DNA of 64,000 bases from the NCBI GenBank assembly GCA_028717565.1, contig JAQUNP010000001.1, positions 112,997 to 176,996 on the forward strand, in the 5' to 3' direction. The notes beneath the pieces are model-generated. The model was not told the DNA's origin. It did not search any database and worked only from the letters and a program-made list of their open reading frames with translations. Positions 31,188 to 40,256 of the stretch are shown here, piece by piece. A program made the translations under genes and the position numbers. The stretch comes from Patescibacteria group bacterium. Its GTDB lineage: Bacteria > Patescibacteriota > Kazan-3B-28. Position 1 is the first letter of the stretch; every line of letters begins with the position of its first letter.

Positions 31188-32945
31188 ATGGTAAAGCGGC
31201 TCAGAAAAACTAAAGCGGATAAGCATACCGACTTGTCAAAAATTCGCCACTCGGCGAGTCATATTTTGGCTGAAGCAGTTCTAGCACTTTATCCTGGGAC
31301 CAAGTTTGGTATCGGTCCTGCCACGAATGATGGCTTCTACTATGATTTTGAGTTTGTACGACCCATTTCAGAAGAGGCCTTGCCCCGTATTGAAGCTAAA
31401 ATGAAGGCCTTGATCGCCGAAGGCAGAAAGTTTAGCAGAAGCGAAAAGACGATAGCAACTGCCATCAAACACGCTCTAGCTGACGAGCAGCCGTATAAAG
31501 TAGACCTATTGGAGGGCTTAAAGGAGAAGGGACACAAAAAGGTTTCGTTTTATACGAGCGGCGACTTTACCGACCTGTGCGAAGGGCCTCACGTCAAGGA
31601 CACTAAAGAGATTGGAGCGATTAAGCTTTTAAGCTTGGCTGGAGCATATTGGCGGGGCAATGAAAACAACGCCCAGCTCACCCGCATTTACGGTACGGCA
31701 TTCGCGACCCAAGCTGACTTAGACGAATGCCTGTTGATGCTGGAGGAAGCCAAGAAACGAGATCATCGCATTTTGGGTGAGAAGCTGGAGCTTTTCTCTT
31801 TCCATCAGGAAGGTCCCGGATTCCCATTCTGGCATCCCAAAGGCACCTGGCTGTTCCACACGATTTTGGCATATATGCGTGCCTTGTTGGCCAAATACAA
31901 TTACGGCGAAATCATGACGCCACCGATTTTGAATGAAGAACTGTGGCATAAATCTGGCCACTGGGACAACTACAAAGAAAACATGTATTTTACGGAGATT
32001 GACGAGACACGGTTTGCAGTGAAGCCCATGAACTGTCCCGGTGGGCTTTTGGTTTTTAACAAACAGTTGCATTCCTACAAAGAACTGCCTATGCGCTTAG
32101 CCGAGTTTGGATTGGTACATAGACATGAAATGTCCGGCGTGTTACACGGGCTCTTTCGAGTTCGCGCTTTTACGCAGGACGACGCACACGTTTATTGTAT
32201 GCCAGACCAAATCAAGGACGAGATCAAGATCCTAGTCAACATGATTCAAGATGTTTACAAAGATTTTGGATTCACTAACTATCACATCGAGCTATCTACC
32301 CGCCCAGCCAAATCAATCGGCAGTGATGAGATTTGGGACAAAGCCGAAAAAATTATGCGGCAGGTAGACAAGGAAGAAAACCTGCATGCAGCTATCAACG
32401 AAGGTGATGGTGCTTTTTACGGTCCGAAATTTGACTTTCATATTAACGACTCTTTGGGTCGTAATTGGCAGATGGGTACTGTGCAACTCGATTTTTCGAT
32501 GCCGATGCGGTTGGGGGCCACCTATATAGACAAGGACGGCAGCAAGCAAACTCCGATTATGATTCATCGGGCTATTTTAGGCAGCTTGGAGCGGTTCATT
32601 GGTATCTTGATCGAACACTATGCCGGCGCGCTACCCGTCTGGCTGGCGCCGGTACAGGCCAAGGTTTTACCAATCAGTGACAAGAGCGCAACTTATGTAA
32701 AAAAGCTGTCAGGGGAACTGGCGACGGCTGGTGTACGATTTGAGATTGATGACAGAAATGAGTCCATCGGCCGTAAAATCCGTGATGCAGAAATGAGTAA
32801 AATTCCGTATATGTTGGTGGTTGGTGACAAAGAGGTGCAGGCCAAGAAGGTTGCCGTACGTCATATCCATGAAGGTGATATCGGACAAATGGCGTTGAGC
32901 AGTATTATCAAGCGCATCGGAGACGAAGTTGATAAGAAAAAATAA
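31188..32945 (+). CDS. thrS: Threonyl-tRNA synthetase, short form lacking the N-terminal TGS domain
   Basis: Editing-domain start HSASHIL, class-II motifs, and anticodon-binding C-terminus ...HRAILGS.ERFIGILIEHYAG.LP.WLAP.Q. 585 aa. Confidence 0.93.
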   Translation: MVKRLRKTKADKHTDLSKIRHSASHILAEAVLALYPGTKFGIGPATNDGFYYDFEFVRPISEEALPRIEAKMKALIAEGRKFSRSEKTIATAIKHALADEQPYKVDLLEGLKEKGHKKVSFYTSGDFTDLCEGPHVKDTKEIGAIKLLSLAGAYWRGNENNAQLTRIYGTAFATQADLDECLLMLEEAKKRDHRILGEKLELFSFHQEGPGFPFWHPKGTWLFHTILAYMRALLAKYNYGEIMTPPILNEELWHKSGHWDNYKENMYFTEIDETRFAVKPMNCPGGLLVFNKQLHSYKELPMRLAEFGLVHRHEMSGVLHGLFRVRAFTQDDAHVYCMPDQIKDEIKILVNMIQDVYKDFGFTNYHIELSTRPAKSIGSDEIWDKAEKIMRQVDKEENLHAAINEGDGAFYGPKFDFHINDSLGRNWQMGTVQLDFSMPMRLGATYIDKDGSKQTPIMIHRAILGSLERFIGILIEHYAGALPVWLAPVQAKVLPISDKSATYVKKLSGELATAGVRFEIDDRNESIGRKIRDAEMSKIPYMLVVGDKEVQAKKVAVRHIHEGDIGQMALSSIIKRIGDEVDKKK

Positions 32946-33073
32946 TTTTGAAAACAATCCTACTCGAGCTGAGAAACGCGATGCCAAAAGACAGAAAGCC
33001 AAGGAGCAACGCCAGGATAATCGCACGTCGGTACGTTTGATAGCTCGGTTGTCCAAACCCAAGTAATTATTTT

Positions 33074-33985
33074 ATGCGTAAAGACCCCCTGCAAAATCTG
33101 AAGGTAGTAGCAGTCGTGGGGCCGACCGCATCAGGCAAATCGGAGTTAGCCGTGGAGCTAGCTCGGGTTTTTAACGGTGTAGTCATCTCCGCCGACTCCC
33201 GTCAAATTTACAGGGAAATGGACGTTGGCACCACCAAAATTAGCCGCGAAGAGATGCAGGGTGTCCCCCACTATATGCTGAGCATCGTTGAACCCAACCA
33301 AGAATTCAGTGTCAGCGCCTATCAAAAGTCGGTTATGAATTTATTAAATCGAATCGCGCACAAAAACTTGAAAGCCAAGTCCCCAATTTTACCGCTTATA
33401 GTTGGTGGTACCGGACTTTATGTGAGCGCCATTGTTGATGGATATGAATTTTCTAACGTCAAACCTGATGCTGGGCTGCGTGCCAAATTAAATGCCTCGC
33501 CTTTGGGCCAATTGGTTCAACAGCTCAAGAAATTTGATCCCGACACCACTGTGGATCTAAAAAATAAACGCCGAGTTATTAGGGCTTTGGAAATCTTCGT
33601 AGCTGGTGGCAAGCCTCCGACCCGAACACGGCCTAGTTTTTCAGTTTTGAAGATAGGACTCGGCAACAACCGCCAAAAAAATAGTCGCCAAATCCGTGAA
33701 CGCATCTGCACTATGAATATTGACGCTTTGGTAAAAGAAACCAAACGGCTACTCCGCCGACGATATAAATTGTCACTGCCAGCGCTATCTGCGTTGGGGT
33801 ATCGGGATGTCAAAGATTTTATTGATAAGAAAATCACAAAGCGTCAGCTCCAGGATAAGCTGGTACGGCTTCACAGCCAATACGCCAAACGCCAACTCAC
33901 ATGGTTTAAGCGCGATCCCCAGATAAATTGGGTGACGAATATAAATGAAGCAGAAAAGCTGGTGAGTCAGTTTTTATTCGACTAA
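33074..33985 (+). CDS. miaA: tRNA dimethylallyltransferase
   Basis: P-loop GPTASGKS, then ...ISADSRQIYR.MDIGT.K.... Confidence 0.9.
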   Translation: MRKDPLQNLKVVAVVGPTASGKSELAVELARVFNGVVISADSRQIYREMDVGTTKISREEMQGVPHYMLSIVEPNQEFSVSAYQKSVMNLLNRIAHKNLKAKSPILPLIVGGTGLYVSAIVDGYEFSNVKPDAGLRAKLNASPLGQLVQQLKKFDPDTTVDLKNKRRVIRALEIFVAGGKPPTRTRPSFSVLKIGLGNNRQKNSRQIRERICTMNIDALVKETKRLLRRRYKLSLPALSALGYRDVKDFIDKKITKRQLQDKLVRLHSQYAKRQLTWFKRDPQINWVTNINEAEKLVSQFLFD

Positions 33986-34780
33986 CTCCAACTCTTTCTC
34001 TTTTTCTGTCACCGGCTGAGTATCCGCAAGCGGTGCCGAATAAATATACCCCACGGCATCGTAATCTCCACGCAATATATTGCGTTTTATTTTAAATAGA
34101 TCAATCAGGGTGCGAATGGCCTCACGACTGGCAAACTTACTTTCCGGATCATTGTGCCACTCAATCCCGACCTCTTTGATCTTGTAACGAAGGCGTCGCG
34201 CTATCATTAAGGCCTCGAAATCAAACCCCCATCGATTGATAGTCACATTGGCAAATATGTTTTTGCCGGCCGTATGTTCAAACAACTTAAATCCGCACTG
34301 TGTGTCACAGACACCCGGGACAGCCAAGAGGCGGATCAAAATGTTTGAGAGCCGAGATAGAATAATCCGATACCAAACTTGGGATACATGAATTTTTGCC
34401 CCTGAGCAATGTCTGGAACCAAACACTACTTGGTAATCTGTGACAAACGGCCAGAGCTTTTCAATTTCACTAATGGGAGTCGCATTATCTGCATCCGCAA
34501 ATAACAAATATTTGCCTCGAGCCATCAGAATACCATTTTTTACCGCTCCGCCTTTACCTAAGTTTTGGGGATTTTTAACTAGGTACAAATTAGGCCAGCC
34601 CTCTTTGATAATCTCAACAATTGGTACAGTGGTATCCGTGCTAGCATCGTTGACCACGATAATTTCATAAGAATAGTTTTGGGCGTCAAAATATTTGCGC
34701 ATGGCCACCAGAGTTCGTCCGATGCGACGCTCTTCGTTGTAGGCCGGGATAATGACTGATAGTTGTGGCTGAATATTCAT
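33974..34780 (-). CDS. GT2 polyprenol-phosphate sugar transferase (GtrB/DPM1-like)
   Basis: LSVIIPAYNEE ... IIVVNDASTD ... FADADN. 4-bp overlap with the downstream GtrA-like gene. Confidence 0.85.
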   Translation of the reverse strand: MNIQPQLSVIIPAYNEERRIGRTLVAMRKYFDAQNYSYEIIVVNDASTDTTVPIVEIIKEGWPNLYLVKNPQNLGKGGAVKNGILMARGKYLLFADADNATPISEIEKLWPFVTDYQVVFGSRHCSGAKIHVSQVWYRIILSRLSNILIRLLAVPGVCDTQCGFKLFEHTAGKNIFANVTINRWGFDFEALMIARRLRYKIKEVGIEWHNDPESKFASREAIRTLIDLFKIKRNILRGDYDAVGYIYSAPLADTQPVTEKEKELELVE

Positions 34781-35217
34781 TTTTTAAAAACTAGGTATTT
34801 ATACGCTAGAAAATTCCAGATTAAGACAATGCCCGCTGAAACTGCCTTAGCCAAATTGTAGCTCCAAGTAAATGATATCTCGAAAAATGGATTGTGCACC
34901 AAGCAGCTAGTACCAAAGTGTACCAGCAGGTTCGACAAGCCCAAACCCACCACACTTACTATTACAAAGGTCGGGAACTGACGCAGATGCTGTGGTTGAG
35001 TGTCTTTAAAGGTCCAGTATTTGTTGAGGCAGTAGCTCACTATCACTGCGCTAGAAAAAGAAATCGTATTGGCCCAAACTGGAGCCCAACCAGCCAGTTT
35101 GATTAATAAATTCAAAATCCCGAAGTCCACTCCCGCATTGAGCATACCAGTAATAGAAAAACGTAATATCTGACCCCAAAGCGGATGATTAATATTTAGC
35201 ATCGATTCTTTTTGCAA
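34777..35217 (-). CDS. GtrA-family small membrane protein
   Basis: Four TM segments and FSITGMLNAGVDFGILNLL, typical of the GtrA family. Confidence 0.8.
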   Translation of the reverse strand: MQKESMLNINHPLWGQILRFSITGMLNAGVDFGILNLLIKLAGWAPVWANTISFSSAVIVSYCLNKYWTFKDTQPQHLRQFPTFVIVSVVGLGLSNLLVHFGTSCLVHNPFFEISFTWSYNLAKAVSAGIVLIWNFLAYKYLVFKK

Positions 35218-35929
35218 TTAAAACCAAACTGCTCCCCCATGGTAAGCCCCAACCGCGACCCAGCCAACTGGCCTCTATTTGACTCAGCGCCACTAAAACC
35301 CCGGTCAGCCGACTTTGAGAGCTGGCTGTTTCGTAAGTGGTGCGCCGCTGCCCCCGCATCAACCAGCGGACTGCCACAAAGACCGGGAAAGTAAAGAAAA
35401 AAAACGGGGATAAAAATTTTATTTCAAAACCAGCGCATTCCACTTTCTGGCGCAAATCCAAGGCGCTATATCTTCGGAAATGGTGCAAGACCTGATCATG
35501 GGTTGTAAATAACCAAGCATGAGCGGGCACAGTTAGATACAGCCAACCATTGGGCTTAATAACTCGATGCCAGTTTTGTAGGGCCACGACATCATTTTGT
35601 ATATGTTCCAAGACATCAAAGGCAGTCACAAGATCATAGGTCGTAGCGGTTAAAATATTGCTGGCATCGCCTTCAATCACATGGCGGTAAGCCCTGTGAG
35701 CGCGACAAAAGGCCAGGGCTGTTGGCGAATTGTCTAGTCCATCTACCTGCCCCCAATCTCGTAGCCACGAAAAATTAACTCCTGCCCCGCAACCTAGATC
35801 CAATAGTTGCAGGTTGCAGTGTGGAGATACAAATCCCCCCAACACTCTGCCTAGAACCTGTCGTCTACCAATATGCCACCAGTAATTGGTTTCTTGGGCA
35901 TGCATTTCGGCCACTTCTTGAACATCCAT
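35189..35929 (-). CDS. Class I SAM-dependent methyltransferase
   Basis: LLDLGCGAG ... VTAFDVLEH ... IKPNGWLYLTVP. The longer ORF (to 36094) runs antisense through tRNA-Pro, so the start is set at the internal Met (MDVQEV...). Confidence 0.75.
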   Translation of the reverse strand: MDVQEVAEMHAQETNYWWHIGRRQVLGRVLGGFVSPHCNLQLLDLGCGAGVNFSWLRDWGQVDGLDNSPTALAFCRAHRAYRHVIEGDASNILTATTYDLVTAFDVLEHIQNDVVALQNWHRVIKPNGWLYLTVPAHAWLFTTHDQVLHHFRRYSALDLRQKVECAGFEIKFLSPFFFFTFPVFVAVRWLMRGQRRTTYETASSQSRLTGVLVALSQIEASWLGRGWGLPWGSSLVLIAKRIDAKY

Positions 35930-36004
35930 ACCATCTATTATACCTTTATTCGTAAGCCTGGTTTCGGGTATAATAATGAAGTTTTGAAGCGAATTTTTGA
36001 TAAT

Positions 36005-36079
36005 CGGGGCGTGGCGCAGTGGTAGCGCGCTCGCTTTGGGAGCGAGAGGTCGCACGTTCGAATCGTGTCGCCCCGACCA
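36005..36079 (+). tRNA. tRNA-Pro(TGG)
   Basis: CGGGGCGTGGCGCAGTGGTAGCGCG CTCGC TTTGGGA GCGAG AGGTC GCACGTTCGAATCGTGT CGCCCCG ACCA. Confidence 0.85.
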
Positions 36080-36094
36080 GAAGATAATACCCAT

Positions 36095-37852
36095 ATGAAT
36101 TTAGTTGCTGATATAAAAGCCGAGCTACACAAGACCATTACCAAGTTATGGCCGAGTGTTGATATCCCGGAAATCGTAGTCATTACACCACCTAAAGAAG
36201 AATTTGGCGACTATTCCTGTGCTGTGGCCTTGAGTTTGGCCAAAGTTATCAACGGCTCACCCATGCAGGTAGCCCAACAGCTTAAACAAAAGTTGGGGAA
36301 GATGCCGTTTGTGGATAACGTAACCTTAACCGAGCCAGGGTTTGTAAACTTCAATATCAACTATCCTAAACTAGTCGAAAAACTTCTGGACAAAAACTTG
36401 CCAAGGCCAAAGCCAAAATCCCTTAAGATTTCCGTGGAGCATACTTCAGTCAACCCCAATAAAGCTGCCCACATCGGACATCTAAGAAATGCCTGCCTCG
36501 GAGACAGTTTCGCCAGATTGGCAAAATTGATAGGGCATCAGGTTGAGGTTCAAAACTACATTGACGATCTGGGTGTGCAGGTAGCTGATAGTGTAGTGGC
36601 CTTTGAGACCCTTGGCGACGCGCCGGAAGATATTCCGATTGATAAATGGATGTGGCAGATTTATGCGGACATTTCCACTAAGTATGAGGGGAACCCCAAG
36701 CTCTTAGCTAGACGAGACGAAGTTTTACATGAAATGGAGCGTGGCGAGAGCCAGACAGCGAAAAAGATTGTTAAGGCCATGGTAGCCGCGCAGTTGCGTA
36801 CTTTTAAACGTTTTGACATCAACTACGACTTGCTGGTTTATGAAACGGATATCATAAAAAATAAGCTTTGGGATAGTTTGTTCACGGAGTTAAAAACCAA
36901 AAAGCTCATTGCCCAGGCCACCTCTGGTGATAATCAGGGGGCTTGGTTGGTTGAGTTTGGCGAAACTGAACGAGAGAACAAGATTTTGGTCAGGAGCAAC
37001 GGCCTTCCCACATACACGGCCAAGGACTTGGCCTACTACATGTGGAAGTTCGGCATTTTTGAAATGCCTGGCTACAAGCGTATTTTGAAACAAGTAGACG
37101 AGGTCGTTAATGTGGTGGACGAACGTCAAACTTATCCTTTAGCGGTAGTGAAGCACATGTTAGCTCAACTTGGGTACACCAAGGAGGCACAGCACGCGTT
37201 TCATCTCGCCTATGGTGTGGTGAAACTCTCCGCTAAGGCAGTGGAACAGCTCGGCAAAAGTCAGGGTAACAAATCGTTGAGACCGGCGTCGATGTCCGGA
37301 CGAGCTGGCATTGGCATAATGGCAGATGACCTGCTAGATACTGCGCTTGCCTTACAAACCAAACGATTTAATACACCTCAAAAAACCGCCGAACAAATTG
37401 CCATGGGCTCTATCCGTTACTATATGTTAAAAGCTCGTCCCCAGCGTGAAATCGTTTTCGACTTTGATGAGGCCTTACAAACCGATGGCAATACCGGAGT
37501 TTATCTCCAATACGCTTATGCACGAGCAAACAATATCCTAGACAAAGGGTCGGCGCATACCCCATCCCCTAGCTCGTTAACAAATTTAAACAAAAACGAG
37601 CGACGGTTGGCTAAAACCCTGGCCGAAAAAGATCAGGTATTGGCAGCGGCCTTTAGAGAGTACGACCCTTCCCAGCTGTGTGACTACGCTTATGAGTTAG
37701 CATCAACATTTGCAAAATTCTATGAAACCAGCCCTGTGCTGCAGGCCAAGCCAGATATTCAGAGTCTTCGTCTTGGTTTAGTGCGGTCTTATTTAAATAC
37801 ACTAAGGGAGATTATGGAGTGCTTGGGCATTCCCACCCTGCCTAAAATTTAA
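36095..37852 (+). CDS. argS: Arginyl-tRNA synthetase
   Basis: HIGH motif NPNKAAHIGHLRN and the ArgRS anticodon-binding C-terminus. The ORF's first 10 codons overlap tRNA-Pro, so the start is set at MNLVADIKAEL. Confidence 0.93.
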   Translation: MNLVADIKAELHKTITKLWPSVDIPEIVVITPPKEEFGDYSCAVALSLAKVINGSPMQVAQQLKQKLGKMPFVDNVTLTEPGFVNFNINYPKLVEKLLDKNLPRPKPKSLKISVEHTSVNPNKAAHIGHLRNACLGDSFARLAKLIGHQVEVQNYIDDLGVQVADSVVAFETLGDAPEDIPIDKWMWQIYADISTKYEGNPKLLARRDEVLHEMERGESQTAKKIVKAMVAAQLRTFKRFDINYDLLVYETDIIKNKLWDSLFTELKTKKLIAQATSGDNQGAWLVEFGETERENKILVRSNGLPTYTAKDLAYYMWKFGIFEMPGYKRILKQVDEVVNVVDERQTYPLAVVKHMLAQLGYTKEAQHAFHLAYGVVKLSAKAVEQLGKSQGNKSLRPASMSGRAGIGIMADDLLDTALALQTKRFNTPQKTAEQIAMGSIRYYMLKARPQREIVFDFDEALQTDGNTGVYLQYAYARANNILDKGSAHTPSPSSLTNLNKNERRLAKTLAEKDQVLAAAFREYDPSQLCDYAYELASTFAKFYETSPVLQAKPDIQSLRLGLVRSYLNTLREIMECLGIPTLPKI

Positions 37853-37945
37853 GTGAGCAAAATTTATTATTAAATCATTATGTTATATAATGGTTTCTCG
37901 CACAGATAGATCCAACAGTCATAGTATGAACCACATATTACACTG

Positions 37946-37974
37946 TTGACATCCAGGCAGGAATGTGCTATAAT
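37946..37974 (+). promoter_or_regulatory. Consensus sigma70 promoter: TTGACA, 17-nt spacer, TATAAT
   Basis: TTGACA at 37946..37951 and TATAAT at 37969..37974 with an exact 17-nt spacer. It sits about 60 nt upstream of the first gene of the surface-protein locus. Confidence 0.7.
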
Positions 37975-38031
37975 TAGACTCGTTATAGGGGGAAGTCTGA
38001 AAATGTATAAATTATGGGGGCAAAAACAAAC

Positions 38032-38655
38032 ATGAAAAATAAGATCCAAAAGTTTCTTCAAGCTAGGGCGGAAATGAGCCGTCAGCTGTTGGTGTTGGAA
38101 ACCGTACTGTTCGCTACCGTAATTATGGCGGTGGCGACTATTCAAATAGTTAATGCAGATACCACTGCTGACACCAACCTAGCCCAGAACGTAACTGCTG
38201 GCTCCCTGTCCATTACTGGCCCGTCACAGCTAAACTTCAATGATGGTTCTATTGGCGAAACTACTATTGCTAATATTACCACTAGCGATCCTGTCAGAAT
38301 CGCCGATACTCGTGGTAACTTGGATGGCTGGGAAGTAACTGGCTTTTTCAATACCAACTGGCTCAAAACTGGTGATAGCAATGTTCAGATGGACATCGGT
38401 ACAGCTGATCTCTACTGGTATCCTGGAAATATGACAGTGCAAAATAATACCGGAAATAATGATGGGGTCAACAAGGGCAGTAACGCCCCCTTCCAGGGTA
38501 TTACCAATGCGCTTACGTTGGCAACTTCTAACAACTCTCATGCCGACAATGGCGCTGGCTCGTTCAATTTGTTTAATATTGAGTTCAAATACTCCATTCC
38601 AATCGGCGCTGAAGCCACTGACTACACCACCGACATGCGCCTGACCATCGCTTAA
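38032..38655 (+). CDS. Small secreted WxL-like domain protein (CscB/C-like)
   Basis: Signal peptide ending ...IQIVNA|DT. Motifs DTRGNLDGWEVTGFF ... DYTTDMRLTIA-end parallel the C-termini of the two large proteins at 41707 and 45136. The ORF track starts at 38014. Confidence 0.6.
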   Translation: MKNKIQKFLQARAEMSRQLLVLETVLFATVIMAVATIQIVNADTTADTNLAQNVTAGSLSITGPSQLNFNDGSIGETTIANITTSDPVRIADTRGNLDGWEVTGFFNTNWLKTGDSNVQMDIGTADLYWYPGNMTVQNNTGNNDGVNKGSNAPFQGITNALTLATSNNSHADNGAGSFNLFNIEFKYSIPIGAEATDYTTDMRLTIA

Positions 38656-38682
38656 AAAAAGCTTCTGGCTAAAAAACAAATA

Positions 38683-38720
38683 AGCGCCCTGAATAAATAA
38701 GGGCTCTTTTTGTTTTTGTT
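38683..38720 (+). terminator. Rho-independent terminator-like hairpin followed by a T-tract
   Basis: GCCCT-gaataaataa-AGGGC followed by TCTTTTTGTTTTTGTT. Confidence 0.5.
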
Positions 38721-40248
38721 ATACACTTACATTATGGTAAAAACAAAAAAAGCTTTGACGCAGCCACGGTCTACTTTGGTCCGCACCAGTTGGCTGGAGA
38801 GAATGCTTCTACTATTGTTATTAGTCGCCGGAGCCAGACCTCTGCTTGACCCGGATTTTGGCTGGCATTTGCGCTCCGGGATCGATTTATTGAGAAACCT
38901 AAGTGTGCCGAAGTTTGATAGCTATGCCTACACATTACCTAACTGGCCCTGGGTCAATCATGAGTGGTTGGCCGATGGCTTGGTGGCATTTATCTACCAA
39001 AATTTAGGCGCCCTGACTCTAATCTTAGGGTTTGCGGTGTTAATTGCTTTTATCTTCTTGTTGGCCGCCTCACTAAATCGGGTTGAGTTGAAATATAAGA
39101 TAATCGCTGGTTTAATCGCTGTTTTAGCTGCTTTGCCGATCGTGGGAGTACGTATGCAGGTTCTAACTTTGTTGGGCATGGCTCTGACCATGTGGCTTAT
39201 ATATCGATATCGCCGAGGCGAGGTTAAGCACTTGTGGTGGATACCAATCATTTTTTTGGCTTGGGCCAATCTGCACGGCGGCTTTATGATCGGTCTGGTA
39301 ATTTTAGCGCTGTTCTTTATAACAGAGCTTGCAAAGTTTTGGCTACATCAGACCCGACCCGCCATCTACAACAAACTGCGGATAGTTGAAGACACGCTTT
39401 CAGCAAGAAAGCTAAAACACCTCTTGGGTATAAGTATCTTGTCAGGACTAGCCACATTGATTAATCCATATGGTTGGGGGCTGTATTTAGATTTTTACAA
39501 GCTATTTATCAATCCTTTTGCCATTAGTCACATTAGTGAGTGGCAACCAGTCACGGTTGATAACGCCATCAGTATTAACTTCTTTATTTATTTAGCGGTT
39601 TTTGTAGTGGTAATGTTTTTGGCTTATCGGAAGGTTGAGCCGACTCGGTGGGTCTTAACTTTGGTGTTTTTATACCTGTCGTTTTTATACTGGCGCAATA
39701 TGCCTTTTTTCATGGTTATGAGTGTCGGTTTTTTTGCTGAAATTATTCAGACACACACCGCTCTGGTCTTTGATAATGTAGTGCGCAACAAAACAGTTGT
39801 TACCATTGTCACTGTGGTAGTGGCGGTATTGGTAGCCCAACGGATTGCCGATGTTGTTCCCAAAGCACTTGATGCCAACCTAAATTTTAAAGCCGGCGGC
39901 TACCCGATTGATGCGGTAAATTGGATAAAAGCTAATCCCGATAAAATCGGAACTAAAATGTTTAACGAGTACGGACAGGGCGGGTTCTTGGTTTGGCAAT
40001 ATCCCGAACAACAAGTATTTGTAGACGGTCGGATGCCGTTTTGGGTAGAAGGAGATAAATTCGTCTTCTTTGATAATCAGCTCGCTTTGGATGCTCAACC
40101 TGGTTCAATCGAGATGTTAGAAACGAAATACGGTGTGGACTGGGTAATTATTAAGCCCACTCGCCCACTTGATTGGGCACTTTCGGGTCAAGCCACGTGG
40201 GCAAATGTATATCGAGACCCTTACGCAGTCATCTACAAAAAGCTATAA
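38710..40248 (+). CDS. Polytopic membrane protein, probably a GT-C-fold glycosyltransferase (ArnT/PMT/GtrII-like)
   Basis: About 12 TM segments. First extracytoplasmic loop has an acidic motif LLDPDFGWHLRSG. Large C-terminal soluble domain. This is a recognition-level call. Confidence 0.45.
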   Translation: MFLLYTYIMVKTKKALTQPRSTLVRTSWLERMLLLLLLVAGARPLLDPDFGWHLRSGIDLLRNLSVPKFDSYAYTLPNWPWVNHEWLADGLVAFIYQNLGALTLILGFAVLIAFIFLLAASLNRVELKYKIIAGLIAVLAALPIVGVRMQVLTLLGMALTMWLIYRYRRGEVKHLWWIPIIFLAWANLHGGFMIGLVILALFFITELAKFWLHQTRPAIYNKLRIVEDTLSARKLKHLLGISILSGLATLINPYGWGLYLDFYKLFINPFAISHISEWQPVTVDNAISINFFIYLAVFVVVMFLAYRKVEPTRWVLTLVFLYLSFLYWRNMPFFMVMSVGFFAEIIQTHTALVFDNVVRNKTVVTIVTVVVAVLVAQRIADVVPKALDANLNFKAGGYPIDAVNWIKANPDKIGTKMFNEYGQGGFLVWQYPEQQVFVDGRMPFWVEGDKFVFFDNQLALDAQPGSIEMLETKYGVDWVIIKPTRPLDWALSGQATWANVYRDPYAVIYKKL

Positions 40249-40256
40249 TTGAATCC

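Noticed and set aside
35930-36183. N-terminal extension of the methyltransferase ORF, the 81-aa ORF 35938..36183, and the first 10 codons of the argS ORF
   Set aside because: All of them overlap tRNA-Pro(TGG) at 36005..36079. Internal Met starts give gene boundaries that do not overlap it.
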